A stretch of DNA of 63,717 bases, counting the filler, from Globobulimina sp. (lineage: Eukaryota), in the NCBI GenBank assembly GCA_003354225.1. It is 14 parts of 14 records of this genome, joined end to end, with 100 filler letters (N's around TTAATTAATTAA, not from the genome) between each part and the next. Parts side by side here need not be neighbours in the genome. Positions count along the whole stretch, not along the records: positions 1 to 4,465 come from PIVH01001217.1; positions 4,566 to 9,029 come from PIVH01001218.1; positions 9,130 to 13,593 come from PIVH01001219.1; 11 more parts are not named here. One strand, 5' to 3'. This document shows, piece by piece, positions 1-9,830 of the stretch; positions within the stretch are counted from its first letter, which is position 1; each line of letters opens with the position of its first letter. The translations under genes were made by a program, and so were the position numbers. The notes under the pieces are model-generated. The model made no database searches. It was not told the origin of the DNA and worked only from the letters and a program-made list of their open reading frames with translations.

Positions 1-176
1 GCTTACAATAGGGGTACAAAGGTCAATATACCACATTTAAAAAACAACAAAAAAAAGTGACAAAGGGATAAGATACACAAATCCAAAGATATTGACTCAT
101 ACATTTTGAAAAAGTGATATGATATACATTTAATACAATGAAAAGAGTTGCTTATAATGTTCGTGATCATAGACAG

Positions 177-812
177 TCATAGTATGGGAACAGTAAATCC
201 AATGGCAACACCAACCAAAAGTAACCATAATATATTCCATACAGATTTGTTTACATGTTTTCCATTTTCATTTGCATCATTTATTTGTTCCAAACACTCA
301 ATGATTTGTCTTAATTGATCCATCTCCTTCGATGTTTGCTGAATCAATTCGATTTTTGTTAGTTTGATATGTTTGATTCTCTGTTCCATGGCTTCCGGGT
401 CTGCGAATCTGGCACGGATTACTGGCTCGTATTGTTGTTCGTGTTTGCTTCCAAATGAAAAAAATGATAAAAATGAAACAAAATATGATTTTTCTGATGG
501 GTTATTTTTCATTGTTTGTCCACTTAATTCAACAATCCGCTGTCGTAATTTATCAATTTCTTTTGCTGTCGAGTTTATGAGTCTTAATTTGCTATGTTCG
601 AATTCAAACAATGCGTCAAATAATTCTTCAAATTCTTGTATTTGAATAACTGCCATAATGGCTTGTTTGCCCACGTCTCTTTTTGTAATATCTTTCTTTT
701 CTTTTTCAAGAAATTTTCCATGATGCAATTTCTTTTCTGATAAAAAGCTTGTATCGGATGATTTAGCTTTATGAATCCATGTCGGTGGTTCCCATTTTTC
801 AGACGTTGCCAT
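177..812 (-). CDS. Hypothetical coiled-coil, tail-anchored membrane protein
   Basis: ORF with an internally duplicated helix (KLRLINSTAKEIDKLRQRI / KIELIQQTSKEMDQLRQII) and a C-terminal hydrophobic segment (ILWLLLVGVAIGFTVPIL). Confidence 0.6.
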   Translation of the reverse strand: MATSEKWEPPTWIHKAKSSDTSFLSEKKLHHGKFLEKEKKDITKRDVGKQAIMAVIQIQEFEELFDALFEFEHSKLRLINSTAKEIDKLRQRIVELSGQTMKNNPSEKSYFVSFLSFFSFGSKHEQQYEPVIRARFADPEAMEQRIKHIKLTKIELIQQTSKEMDQLRQIIECLEQINDANENGKHVNKSVWNILWLLLVGVAIGFTVPIL

Positions 813-991
813 GTCTTGCACTTTTCAGAAAACAGTTTTTATTTCTTGAAAAAAACTCAAAACTGGAAATAAAACAACCATAAAATATATGCTTAAAAAA
901 ACAAAAAAAAATCACACACCACATATATACTTTTATAAATAAATTTAATTAAAATGTCTTATAACACTCCATCAAAGATCACGTAAACGAT

Positions 992-3900
992 TTATCTACG
1001 CGCATTTCGATGCAGTTTAGAACCGCCATTATTATTCATATTATTTCCGAAATTGGCATCTCTCACATTCCGATTGTTTAAATTCGCCATAAAGTTTGCA
1101 TTATTTTTATTCGCTGCGAACATTTTCTTAAAATTCTCCATCTGATCAATTGGAAGAATCAACGCATTCTGAGGCAATCCCTGTTGTCTTAATTGCAACT
1201 GAATATTCTGCGGTAACTGCCCCAACGATGACATCCGATTCGACCCCATCAGCGGTGCCTGATTGGTCGCCGTATAATATTGCGGCACTGTACTAAGTGG
1301 AATAAATGGCGGCTTCAATTGAAGCGGCGCTGTCTGCAAATTGCCGCCAGAATTCACATTGATCAAATTCATGGGATACCTCATCTGTGCATTCATATTA
1401 TTCTGTGTGCCATCATTAATATTTGTGGCTACATTACTTGCCTTCTGCTCATTTTCCAATGTTTTATTAACTTTCTCCTCCTCAGGACTCACCACATTAA
1501 CTTTCCCTTTGTCCTCACTGTGATTTGCCTTATTTTTATTTTTGTCTTTCTCTCTGTGTATATTCAACGAATGACACATTTCCTTATTACTATTCAACAA
1601 ATAATTCAATCGCAAGTATTGATGATTTAGGCCGTCCACAGGGTTCAATGAACTGGTCGAATGATGCTCGGAACTGGTCGAATGATGCGAGATATTGGAG
1701 GTTGAATACACAAAAGGCGACGGTGGGAAGTTTGGCAATGACGTATAACTAAAAGTAGGCGACATAGGCAACGAACTCAATGAGGCAGCGTCATTGAAGG
1801 AGTGTGGACCGTTACGTACACCAATACTGCCCGTCGCGTACGGATTGGACCAGGCGGGGTTCAGCCCATTGTGTACACTGTGCACTGGCGTCATTGAGGG
1901 CGCGTCGCTTCTTTCGTCAAAGCTGCGCACAGAATTGGCCACTTCCACGTAATTATTCATCCGGTTCTGCAACACTTTGTTGTGTGTATAATGCACAGAG
2001 TATGGGCGGCCATGGTTGATGCTCATCATTTGGCCGGCCATGTTTGCCGAATTTGCCCGCAACATTGGCGTCAGCGGCGGCACAGATAAACATTTGTCGT
2101 CTCCGTAGCTGCTATGAATGGAGTCTTGATACGAGGACGTCGGCGTGACACAGATGACATTATGCGTAATGAACTCTGATTTGCGAATGCCTTTTTTCAA
2201 TTTGTTGAAGTTTGCTGCGCGACGCTTGTTATACCTTGAATTATAATGCAATTTGTTACAAAATATATAGAATATACACAGTCACAGTCACAGACCTATA
2301 TCGATAAAATTGCCGTCGTGAGCCATGATGATGATGCTTGTACTGCTTGTACTGATTGAAGGAGGCAGATTGCGTGGTTTTATGCGAACGGTCCGAGGAT
2401 TTATGCGATTTGGTGCTCGCGGTCTTGTGCGTACTGGACGAGTTTGTGTCAGCTGATAAGTTCTTGGGCAATGAAGTGGACGAAGAGGATCGATTGCGAT
2501 GCGACCGATTCGTGATTAACATGGCATGCGGAGCTAAGGGCCCTGCTGGTTTGGGCATGGTCAAATTCAATCTCTTATTCAAATCCATGTAGCTCTTCAA
2601 CGGCGAGAATGTATCATTGATGTCTGTAAATAGCGTGGTTTGTTTATATGGAGCGATGTTGGAAGTAATTAAATGGTGCAATGCGCTGCAAAAAGAAGCT
2701 TGATTACTGACATCCATATTTGCTTCGAGCATCACATTGGCGACGGATGCTTTGGTTAAACAGCCCGGATTGTCACAGAAAGTGGACCGCATTTTGTTGC
2801 AATACTGGCAAAATTCCATGCAGCCGATTTTTGGATGGTAAATGATGCAATGAATGTGAGCTTGGCTATGAATGCTGACCTCAACTGCCGGAGCATTGAA
2901 TACTGGCAAATCAATCAATGAATGTGGCAATGCGTTTTGTTTATGATTATGCTTTAATTGCTGGATGAAACTATCTGTCATTCCACTTTGTTTGCAGTGT
3001 GCTGACAACTCCGGAATAGATAATTTAATATCACAGCGCTGTGCTGTTTTGTTTTTATTCTCGTGTTCCGCATGAATAATATCCAACTGTTGGCTGATTA
3101 AATTATTTAAATAAGTATCCAGCTTAAATGGCGCAGGCTGGACCTCTTTGGATTCAATGGATTGTTTGTTTTCAGTCACCGTCACGTTGATTTTGTTGGT
3201 CTGTTTAGCAGGAAAACAGGAATTGCAATACTGGAAAACGCCTAAACCTTCGATGGCAAAAATGAAATGAAAGCAAGTATTGTGATAATAATCCTGTGAA
3301 CAGAGGAAGGGAGAGGCACTGATGTGGTTTGATGATAGTGTTTGCGTGTTATCCTCTGTGCATTTGTTGCAAATCGAGATGTTAATGTCCTTGTTTTTGG
3401 CTTCTTTGTCCAATTGGCAGTCTTGCTCATATTCATATAGATATTGGTTGTTGTGGCTGTATGTTTGCGGTACGGATAAATGTTTATAAGTTATGTTTTC
3501 GAAACATTGTTGCCATAATTGCTCGCCGTGCGGAGTAGGAGTTAGACCGAAATGTTGTAACATTGCATCGATGTTGAGATCGTTATCGGTATCGTTTGTT
3601 TTGGAGGAGGTGGTGGATGAAGTTGGCGAGGCCGGCGCTTGTGACTGGGATTGGGGAGGTATGTGTTGGTGTGGATGGTGATGTTGATGCTGTGGTGTGA
3701 TTAGTGAATAAGGAGAGGAGGTGATGTAATTTGTGGCTTTATTTACGATGGTGACAAACTGTGGTGGTCCGACGGTGGTGGATTGAGGGTACAGATTTGG
3801 TTGAAAGTGCATGTTATTTGATGGGTTTGGTGCAAGTTGTTGTGTATTAAATGCATTGTACATTTGATTTTGATTCATTTCTATATATTATTATTGTTGT

Positions 3901-4158
3901 TATTGTTTTGTGTGTATATTAAAAAAAAAAGATGTGTATTGCTCAACGACTAGGATATGATGGAATTGTTGGAGTGAATTGATTAGCGTTATTTGCGATG
4001 TTTGGTGGCATTATATTTGTGGTATGATATCCATTATTATTTGGTGGATTTGGCAATGAGTGTTGTTGTTGTTGTTGTTGAATGTTGACAGCATTTGAGT
4101 TTGGGTGCGTTGGATTCGGTGTTAAAAACAATGGGAATTGAGTGGGATTATTATACAT
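992..4158 (-). CDS. Large low-complexity (N/Q/S/H/P-rich) protein, 3 exons
   Basis: ORFs 3943-4158, 2256-3878 and 992-2251 join in frame through short GT-AG introns (about 3881-3947 giving PSQMNQ; about 2235-2295 giving YRYRYNKR). Confidence 0.65.
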
Positions 4159-4290
4159 GTTTACGACGACATGCCACTTGCAAATGTGTGAAATAAAAGT
4201 TTTGATTAGTAAGCTTTAAAACTAACGCAGTTCGGCCTTCCAAATATAATAATCTTTATATGCTATTGCTAGAGCAAGATGCCTGCTTGG

Positions 4291-4422
4291 AAGAGCATCC
4301 GGTTTTCAACGTCAGATTTTTATTGTTTCTGAGAAACGAAGGCAAACCTATATTAGTCACCAGAAACGGTTTGCTTACACCTTACCCCAATAAAAATCTG
4401 ACGCTGAAGACCGGATGCTCTT
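4291..4422. mobile_element. MITE-like inverted-repeat element (132 bp)
   Basis: 35-bp inverted repeats 4291-4325 / 4388-4422 (33/35 match) plus an inner GCAAACC/GGTTTGC repeat; non-coding. Confidence 0.6.
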
Positions 4423-4465
4423 ATTGTATATAATAAACCCGACACCATCGCGAGGTGTCTCTCTT

Positions 4466-4565
4466 NNNNNNNNNNNNNNNNNNNNNNNNNNNNNNNNNNN
4501 NNNNNNNNNTTAATTAATTAANNNNNNNNNNNNNNNNNNNNNNNNNNNNNNNNNNNNNNNNNNNN
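4466..4565. other. Artificial contig linker (N44-TTAATTAATTAA-N44), first of 13
   Basis: Identical 100-bp spacers with stops in all six frames at 4466, 9030, 13594, 18157, 22720, 27282, 31840, 36396, 40951, 45506, 50060, 54614 and 59166. Contig lengths never increase along the window (4465 to 4452 bp). Confidence 0.98.
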
Positions 4566-5528
4566 TTTTGGTTTGGCACATCGCAAAATATAAACATAGC
4601 ATTTAGTATTTTAGTGATTGGCATAGAACTCGGTACATTAGCATCACGTTTAGCATTTCCACCATTGTATCATTTGTTGAATAGTGTCACATTGCCCTTT
4701 TTATTGGCTTTATTTTTCCCTTTGATATCAATAATAATTAATATTTGTATGCGGATAAAATTAAAAAAATCAAAACGTATATTTCCAGAGTATTTTGTAG
4801 ATGATAGTAGATCTGAGGAATTGTTTACTAATTCAATATCCATAGTAAAACAAGTCAGTGATTTGTCAACAACAATATGGTTAGTTATATTTATTGTTGT
4901 TTTGGTAAATGTTGTCATTAATATATTATATTCGAGTTTTGTTGATCCATTGCATGAATCATTCAAATTCAGTGAGTATGGCGCTGATATGCTGTTGTCA
5001 GTATGCGGTGTTTCAGTGATCATATTTTCCTTTCCGGCCGCCTTTATGATGGATTATTTTGGCGGTGCTGTTTATTGGTTATTATGCGTATCATTTATGT
5101 TTACCTCAAGTATGGGATTGTTAGCTTTTGCTGCGATACTGGAACACGATAATAATGATATAAAACAGATGAATATGTATGGTATAATATCCATTTGTGG
5201 CTTTAGTATATTGTTGCCATTCGCTATTATTATATTTACATTACAAGCCATTGTATCGCCACCACAATATTCGGAATTGATTGCTTCCATTTCTACTACG
5301 CTGTGGTGGACATTGTCTATTATTGTTACGAATTTGTTTGGATGGATAAGGGATACATATGGTAATTACTCATATTCTGTATTATCTATGTTTATTATGT
5401 GTGTATTGACATTAATTATTTCTATTTTATTGTTTGTTATTGATAAAAGAAAAGATGGTCAATTAACTAAATGTAAAAAAAGAAATAATACTAATGATTA
5501 CGGACAACCACTGTTAATAAATGATTGA
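4566..5528 (+). CDS. MFS transporter (MFSD1-like), 5' truncated
   Basis: Multiple TM helices, MMDYFGG loop motif, LFGWIRDTYGNY, and a C-terminal dileucine-like QPLL. Confidence 0.7.
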   Translation, partial: FWFGTSQNINIAFSILVIGIELGTLASRLAFPPLYHLLNSVTLPFLLALFFPLISIIINICMRIKLKKSKRIFPEYFVDDSRSEELFTNSISIVKQVSDLSTTIWLVIFIVVLVNVVINILYSSFVDPLHESFKFSEYGADMLLSVCGVSVIIFSFPAAFMMDYFGGAVYWLLCVSFMFTSSMGLLAFAAILEHDNNDIKQMNMYGIISICGFSILLPFAIIIFTLQAIVSPPQYSELIASISTTLWWTLSIIVTNLFGWIRDTYGNYSYSVLSMFIMCVLTLIISILLFVIDKRKDGQLTKCKKRNNTNDYGQPLLIND

Positions 5529-5644
5529 TATCTATGGACTTTCGGAAATTATAACCAGAGTGGTCCTGAGTGGAAAAGTCACTCTGTTTTGCTTACTATT
5601 TAAAATCAAACTTTGTCGTACTTTAAGTTCAGTAGTCTTGCAGC

Positions 5645-6241
5645 ATGGACGTACTTGAAAATAAATCAAGCAATGAAACAAATGATCGATATTTTATGAT
5701 TATATCTGGTCCCAATTCGGAAACGAGGAGAAAAGATAAAGAGACATGTAAATTGATTTATAACTTACTGTCAATGAGGATAGCTGCAGTTCATGGTATT
5801 GATCATAAGAACACAGAGTTGGCTCTATTTGGAAACATGAAAACAAATGAACGCTATTATTTTATTCTTTATATCAATAATGGAAATCCCGGAGCATTAT
5901 ATTTGATAAATGTGTCACAAAAACCACAAATGGTTAATTGTGGACCACTTAGTTTTCCATTTCAAGAAGTTGCAATATTAACTTCATTTTGCAAAATGTA
6001 TTATGAAAATGCTATGAGAGACGAAGGTATATCAATGCCATGGCTAAGAAATCATAATCACAGTAAATGTCAAAGAAAACGGAAAAAGAAACGTCGTTGT
6101 TATCATTGCAAAAGAAAAAAATCAAAAACCATCAAATTACGAATATGTTCACGATGTCAAAATGCTCGGTATTGTAGTAGACATTGCCAAAAAATTGCAT
6201 GGAAGAACCAACATAAAAATAAATGTTTGTGTTTGCCTTAA
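5645..6241 (+). CDS. MYND zinc-finger protein
   Basis: C-terminal CYHC...CSRCQNARYCSRHCQKIAWKNQHKNKC is a canonical MYND signature. Confidence 0.85.
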   Translation: MDVLENKSSNETNDRYFMIISGPNSETRRKDKETCKLIYNLLSMRIAAVHGIDHKNTELALFGNMKTNERYYFILYINNGNPGALYLINVSQKPQMVNCGPLSFPFQEVAILTSFCKMYYENAMRDEGISMPWLRNHNHSKCQRKRKKKRRCYHCKRKKSKTIKLRICSRCQNARYCSRHCQKIAWKNQHKNKCLCLP

Positions 6242-6264
6242 TTTAATTAATCTCGCTGTAAAAC

Positions 6265-8780
6265 TTAAATGTAATCTGTTTGCATCATCTCAACGAACTT
6301 TAATTCTATTTCTTCAAAAGTTGGTCTATTTTGCGGTTCAAATTCCCAACATAGTTTAACTAAATTTTCAAACGATTGATTGCATTTTATTTCAAACCGT
6401 GGCAATTGGCCATTTTCTATGCATTTCCATACTTTCTGTGTTTGTTTTATGTCTGAATATATAATTTTGCCGCAATGTACAAACTCATATAATATATTAC
6501 CAAATGAATATACTTCGGATTTTGTGGTATATTCATATATTTTATCCTTATTTGTCCCAATTGATTCAGGCGCATAATGTCTCGTTGATCCTCTTCTTAC
6601 TTTGTTTGCATTTTCAACGGTCGCACTACATCCAAAATCAATGATAATTATCTCAAATGCATCTAAGCTATAATTATTAAGACGAACCATCAAATTTGAA
6701 ACAGTAAAATCACGATGCATTATTCCAACAACATCATTGATATAATTGCCTGCATTTGCTAATTTTGAAAAAGCATGAAACCAATACTTCGGAATGTGTA
6801 CATGAACATTTTCGTTATACCATGTTTTGAAGTCTTTGTCTATAAATTCTCGCAATGTAAAATCTATATATTCCAATATAAAAAAACATGATTTATTTGT
6901 ATATCCGGCACCAAACATTTTTATAACATTATTATGTCCACAATCTCTGGATAAAGCTAACAATGTTCGCAACTCATTGTGATAACCTTTAAACTGACTG
7001 CCATAATCTTTAATCATCACATATGACTTCAGAGCATATTTACATTGTTTTTTGATCCAAAATATTGGTTCAATGCCGCCTTGCCGGCCTTTTCCTATTT
7101 TATTTTCTTTATATTTCCCTTCAATTTCAAACTCATTCAAATTTGTAATTGGTTTAATATTCATTGTTTTAAATAACTTGACATTATTTCTAATAATCCT
7201 TTTATATCTTTCTTCTTCATTTTGTGTTTGATTACTTTTTTTATCACTAAATTCTCGGTATGTTATTTTGTTTTTTCTATGATATTTTAATACATTTAAA
7301 TCTAAAATTTGCTTTAAATATTCTTCATTTGTTTTATTTACTCCCCTCCGGAATATATTGCGTATTTTTGTGGAACTACACTCTTTTTCTGGTATATTCT
7401 CCATATCAGCATGGCATATAATTAAATTTTCTTTGTATTTCTGAATTGCGTCAAGTTTCTGAAATTCACCAATATCTTTTAAATTATTTCGATTTACAAC
7501 ACATAAAACAGTGCCACACATCACTGCATTTTTGAACTTAGCAATATTATCATCGCCAGTGACCGTGATTAATTTCACTGTGTGGTGTCCAAATTTGTTC
7601 GCTATTAATTCTTTTAAATTTGCTGTTGATTTTGCAGCGCCAACATTTTTATTCTGATTACATAGCCACGAATTAATTATAACCCATTCCATATCTTTGC
7701 ATGCAATTTCACACATTTTTATGCGATGCTTTGCAATCTTTTCAATCTTATTTTTATTTCCATTACATTTCTTAATTAAAGCTGAAAAATGAGTGACTGT
7801 GATAATGACACAAACTATATTATATTTTATATGTTTACGCGATAATAAATATCGTTTTGCTTCGTTGAGTAAAAATATATGATTATTATGTATGGGAAAA
7901 AATGATCCACACATTGAGAGTACAACATTTTCATCACAATTGTTGTTTAACTTCATATCAGCAAACTCATTCAATAATATTTGATTATATTTGTTATTAT
8001 TTGTGCTTGTGAGTGATGGTAATATACATCGGAATGTTTCATTGTGTTTAGTGTTTCCGGAACCAAATAAGCGATCTAATTTAATTCGTTTATCCCACAA
8101 AATTAATTTATTATCCTTCTCATTGCTATCAATGACCAGTGCAAAATATATAATATGATGCATTGGTATGTCACCTCCTTTATCAATGGGTGTCCAATCC
8201 ATTAAATTTATTTCTATGATACAATCTTGCATACGATTGCTGTATCCGATCAATACATTTTGTGCATCAAACCCTAATGTTTTGTCCCATAATAAACGCT
8301 TATAAATATCTAAACTTGTTCGGAGCCTTTTTTTTTTACTTTTTTTATCGTTTGATTTTGCGATGGATGCATGGTCAGTTGTTGTTGTTTGCTGTTTGAT
8401 GAAATTATAAATTTTTTGTAATGTCTCAGTACTGGACTGATGAGCAAATATATAATGTTTTCCATCGTTTGATGTTTGAAATCCGGAGTCTAATAATAAT
8501 TGAATGCAGATTGGAGCATTTGCAAATTTTTTAGATATTTGTTCAACGTTTAATATTTTAAATTTTTGTTTGGTTGGGTTTTTTAAAATATTTTCAATAA
8601 TTAATGGGAATAATTTCAATGTACATGTTGGTTCATTATGATTGCTAAAATGATATGCAATGTGTCAGGCAAAAACGTTTAAAATTAATAGATGTATCCA
8701 TACATTAAATCAGATAGCACTGCTAAATGTTTATCAAGTGATGCGTTACTATCACAAACAATGCTTTTGTTGCTCGCCAT
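6265..8780 (-). CDS. Multidomain protein: PUB-like, MJ1316/DUF504, HIGH-type nucleotidyltransferase (NMNAT-like) and protein kinase
   Basis: First exon MASNKS.. (ATG 8780) spliced through a GT-AG intron of about 8645-8703. PUB-like: IIENILKNPTKQKFKILN..LLDSGF. MJ1316: RLRTSLDIYKRLLWD..IGY..DIPMHHI..LWDKRIKLD. Nucleotidyltransferase: GSFFPIHNNH, VTGDD, SSTKIR. Kinase: GKGRQG, YALK, HRD, DFG, YAPE. Confidence 0.8.
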
Positions 8781-8815
8781 CGAAAACACGTCTTAAAAAA
8801 AACATAAAAAAAAAC

Positions 8816-8890
8816 ATTTAACCTTGATTTTTCTCTAACAAATCACAAATGATTAAAAAAAGTTGATCATGAGCAAAATCAAGGTTAAAT
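8816..8890. repeat. Short inverted repeat upstream of the kinase-fusion gene
   Basis: ATTTAACCTTGATTTT (8816-8831) / AAAATCAAGGTTAAAT (8875-8890), 16-bp perfect arms. Confidence 0.55.
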
Positions 8891-9302
8891 TAGCTACATG
8901 TTTAGAGTTAGAATCATTTGGTATTTGTACGGTTGATGGTAGTCGAAATGTATAAATTTAATTACACACAATCAAGAACTCACGTTACTGCATATCACAC
9001 AATTAAGGGATTTATTAAATTAAATTATGNNNNNNNNNNNNNNNNNNNNNNNNNNNNNNNNNNNNNNNNNNNNTTAATTAATTAANNNNNNNNNNNNNNN
9101 NNNNNNNNNNNNNNNNNNNNNNNNNNNNNGTTTGGAACATATTAATTTTAAACACAACTTAAGGTATCAATTTATACACATTTTATTGAAACACCAACAC
9201 AAGAAACAATGAATAAATATATCAACACACGAATGGCACGATGGGAATTCAGGTAGTAATTGATCTGCGTTCCAATACTCAGTATTAAACATCAATAGGA
9301 TT

Positions 9303-9570
9303 GATTTTTTAGTTATTAGTATGTCAATTATATAACATCCCAAGGTAACAAAGTCATCAATGATCATCCATTGATAAACAAATTGATGAATCTCATCAAT
9401 ATGCAGCAAGGCACTATTGACAGGCCGAGGGCGTAGCCCCGAGGTCTGTCAATAGTGCCGAGCTGCATATTGATGAGATTCATCAATTTGTTTATCAATG
9501 GATGATCATTGATGACTTTGTTGCCGAGGGATATTGGTTATATAATTGACATACTAATAACTAAAAAATC
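9303..9570 (+). repeat. Long imperfect palindrome (~130-bp arms) with GTA triloop and GA mismatches
   Basis: 9347-9407 pairs perfectly with 9462-9522 (61 bp). The outer arm 9303-9336 pairs with 9537-9570. The tip is GGGC-GTA-GCCC at 9429-9439. Confidence 0.95.
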
Positions 9571-9584
9571 CATCATTGATCATT

Positions 9585-9660
9585 GATTTGTAACTATGAT
9601 TAATATTTCATTGATGATATAGCCATAATCATTGATGATTCATTGATGATTCATTGATGA
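9585..9660 (+). repeat. Left 76-bp inverted repeat (contains TCATTGATGA x4)
   Basis: GATTTGTAACTATGATTAATATTTCATTGATGATATAGCC...TCATTGATGA; 76/76 to the reverse complement of 12365-12440. Confidence 0.95.
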
Positions 9661-9733
9661 TGAATCCTTGATGATTGTTTCGTTATTTATTGTGATATTG
9701 TGTTTCTTGCCTTCATCTTCAGTCAGCAGCTGC

Positions 9734-9771
9734 AAACGTCAGGTATGATTATGAAAAACGTCAGGTATGAT
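9734..9771 (+). promoter_or_regulatory. 16-bp direct repeat (22-bp period) upstream of the recombinase ATG
   Basis: AAACGTCAGGTATGAT at 9734-9749 and 9756-9771, about 60 bp before ATG 9831; the regulatory role is inferred. Confidence 0.4.
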
Positions 9772-9830
9772 AATTAGTGAAAAACACCGCTTAAGCTCTC
9801 ATCACTATCCGTTGTCCCCAAAGGCACACC

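Noticed and set aside
15-29. 15-nt match TACAAAGGTCAATAT to 56687-56701 in the retroelement
   Set aside because: Too short and AT-rich, with no convincing extension; could be chance.
9608-9675. TCATTGATGAT repeats as a CRISPR array or telomeric repeat
   Set aside because: 11-bp tandem units with no unique spacers; internal to the element's inverted repeat.
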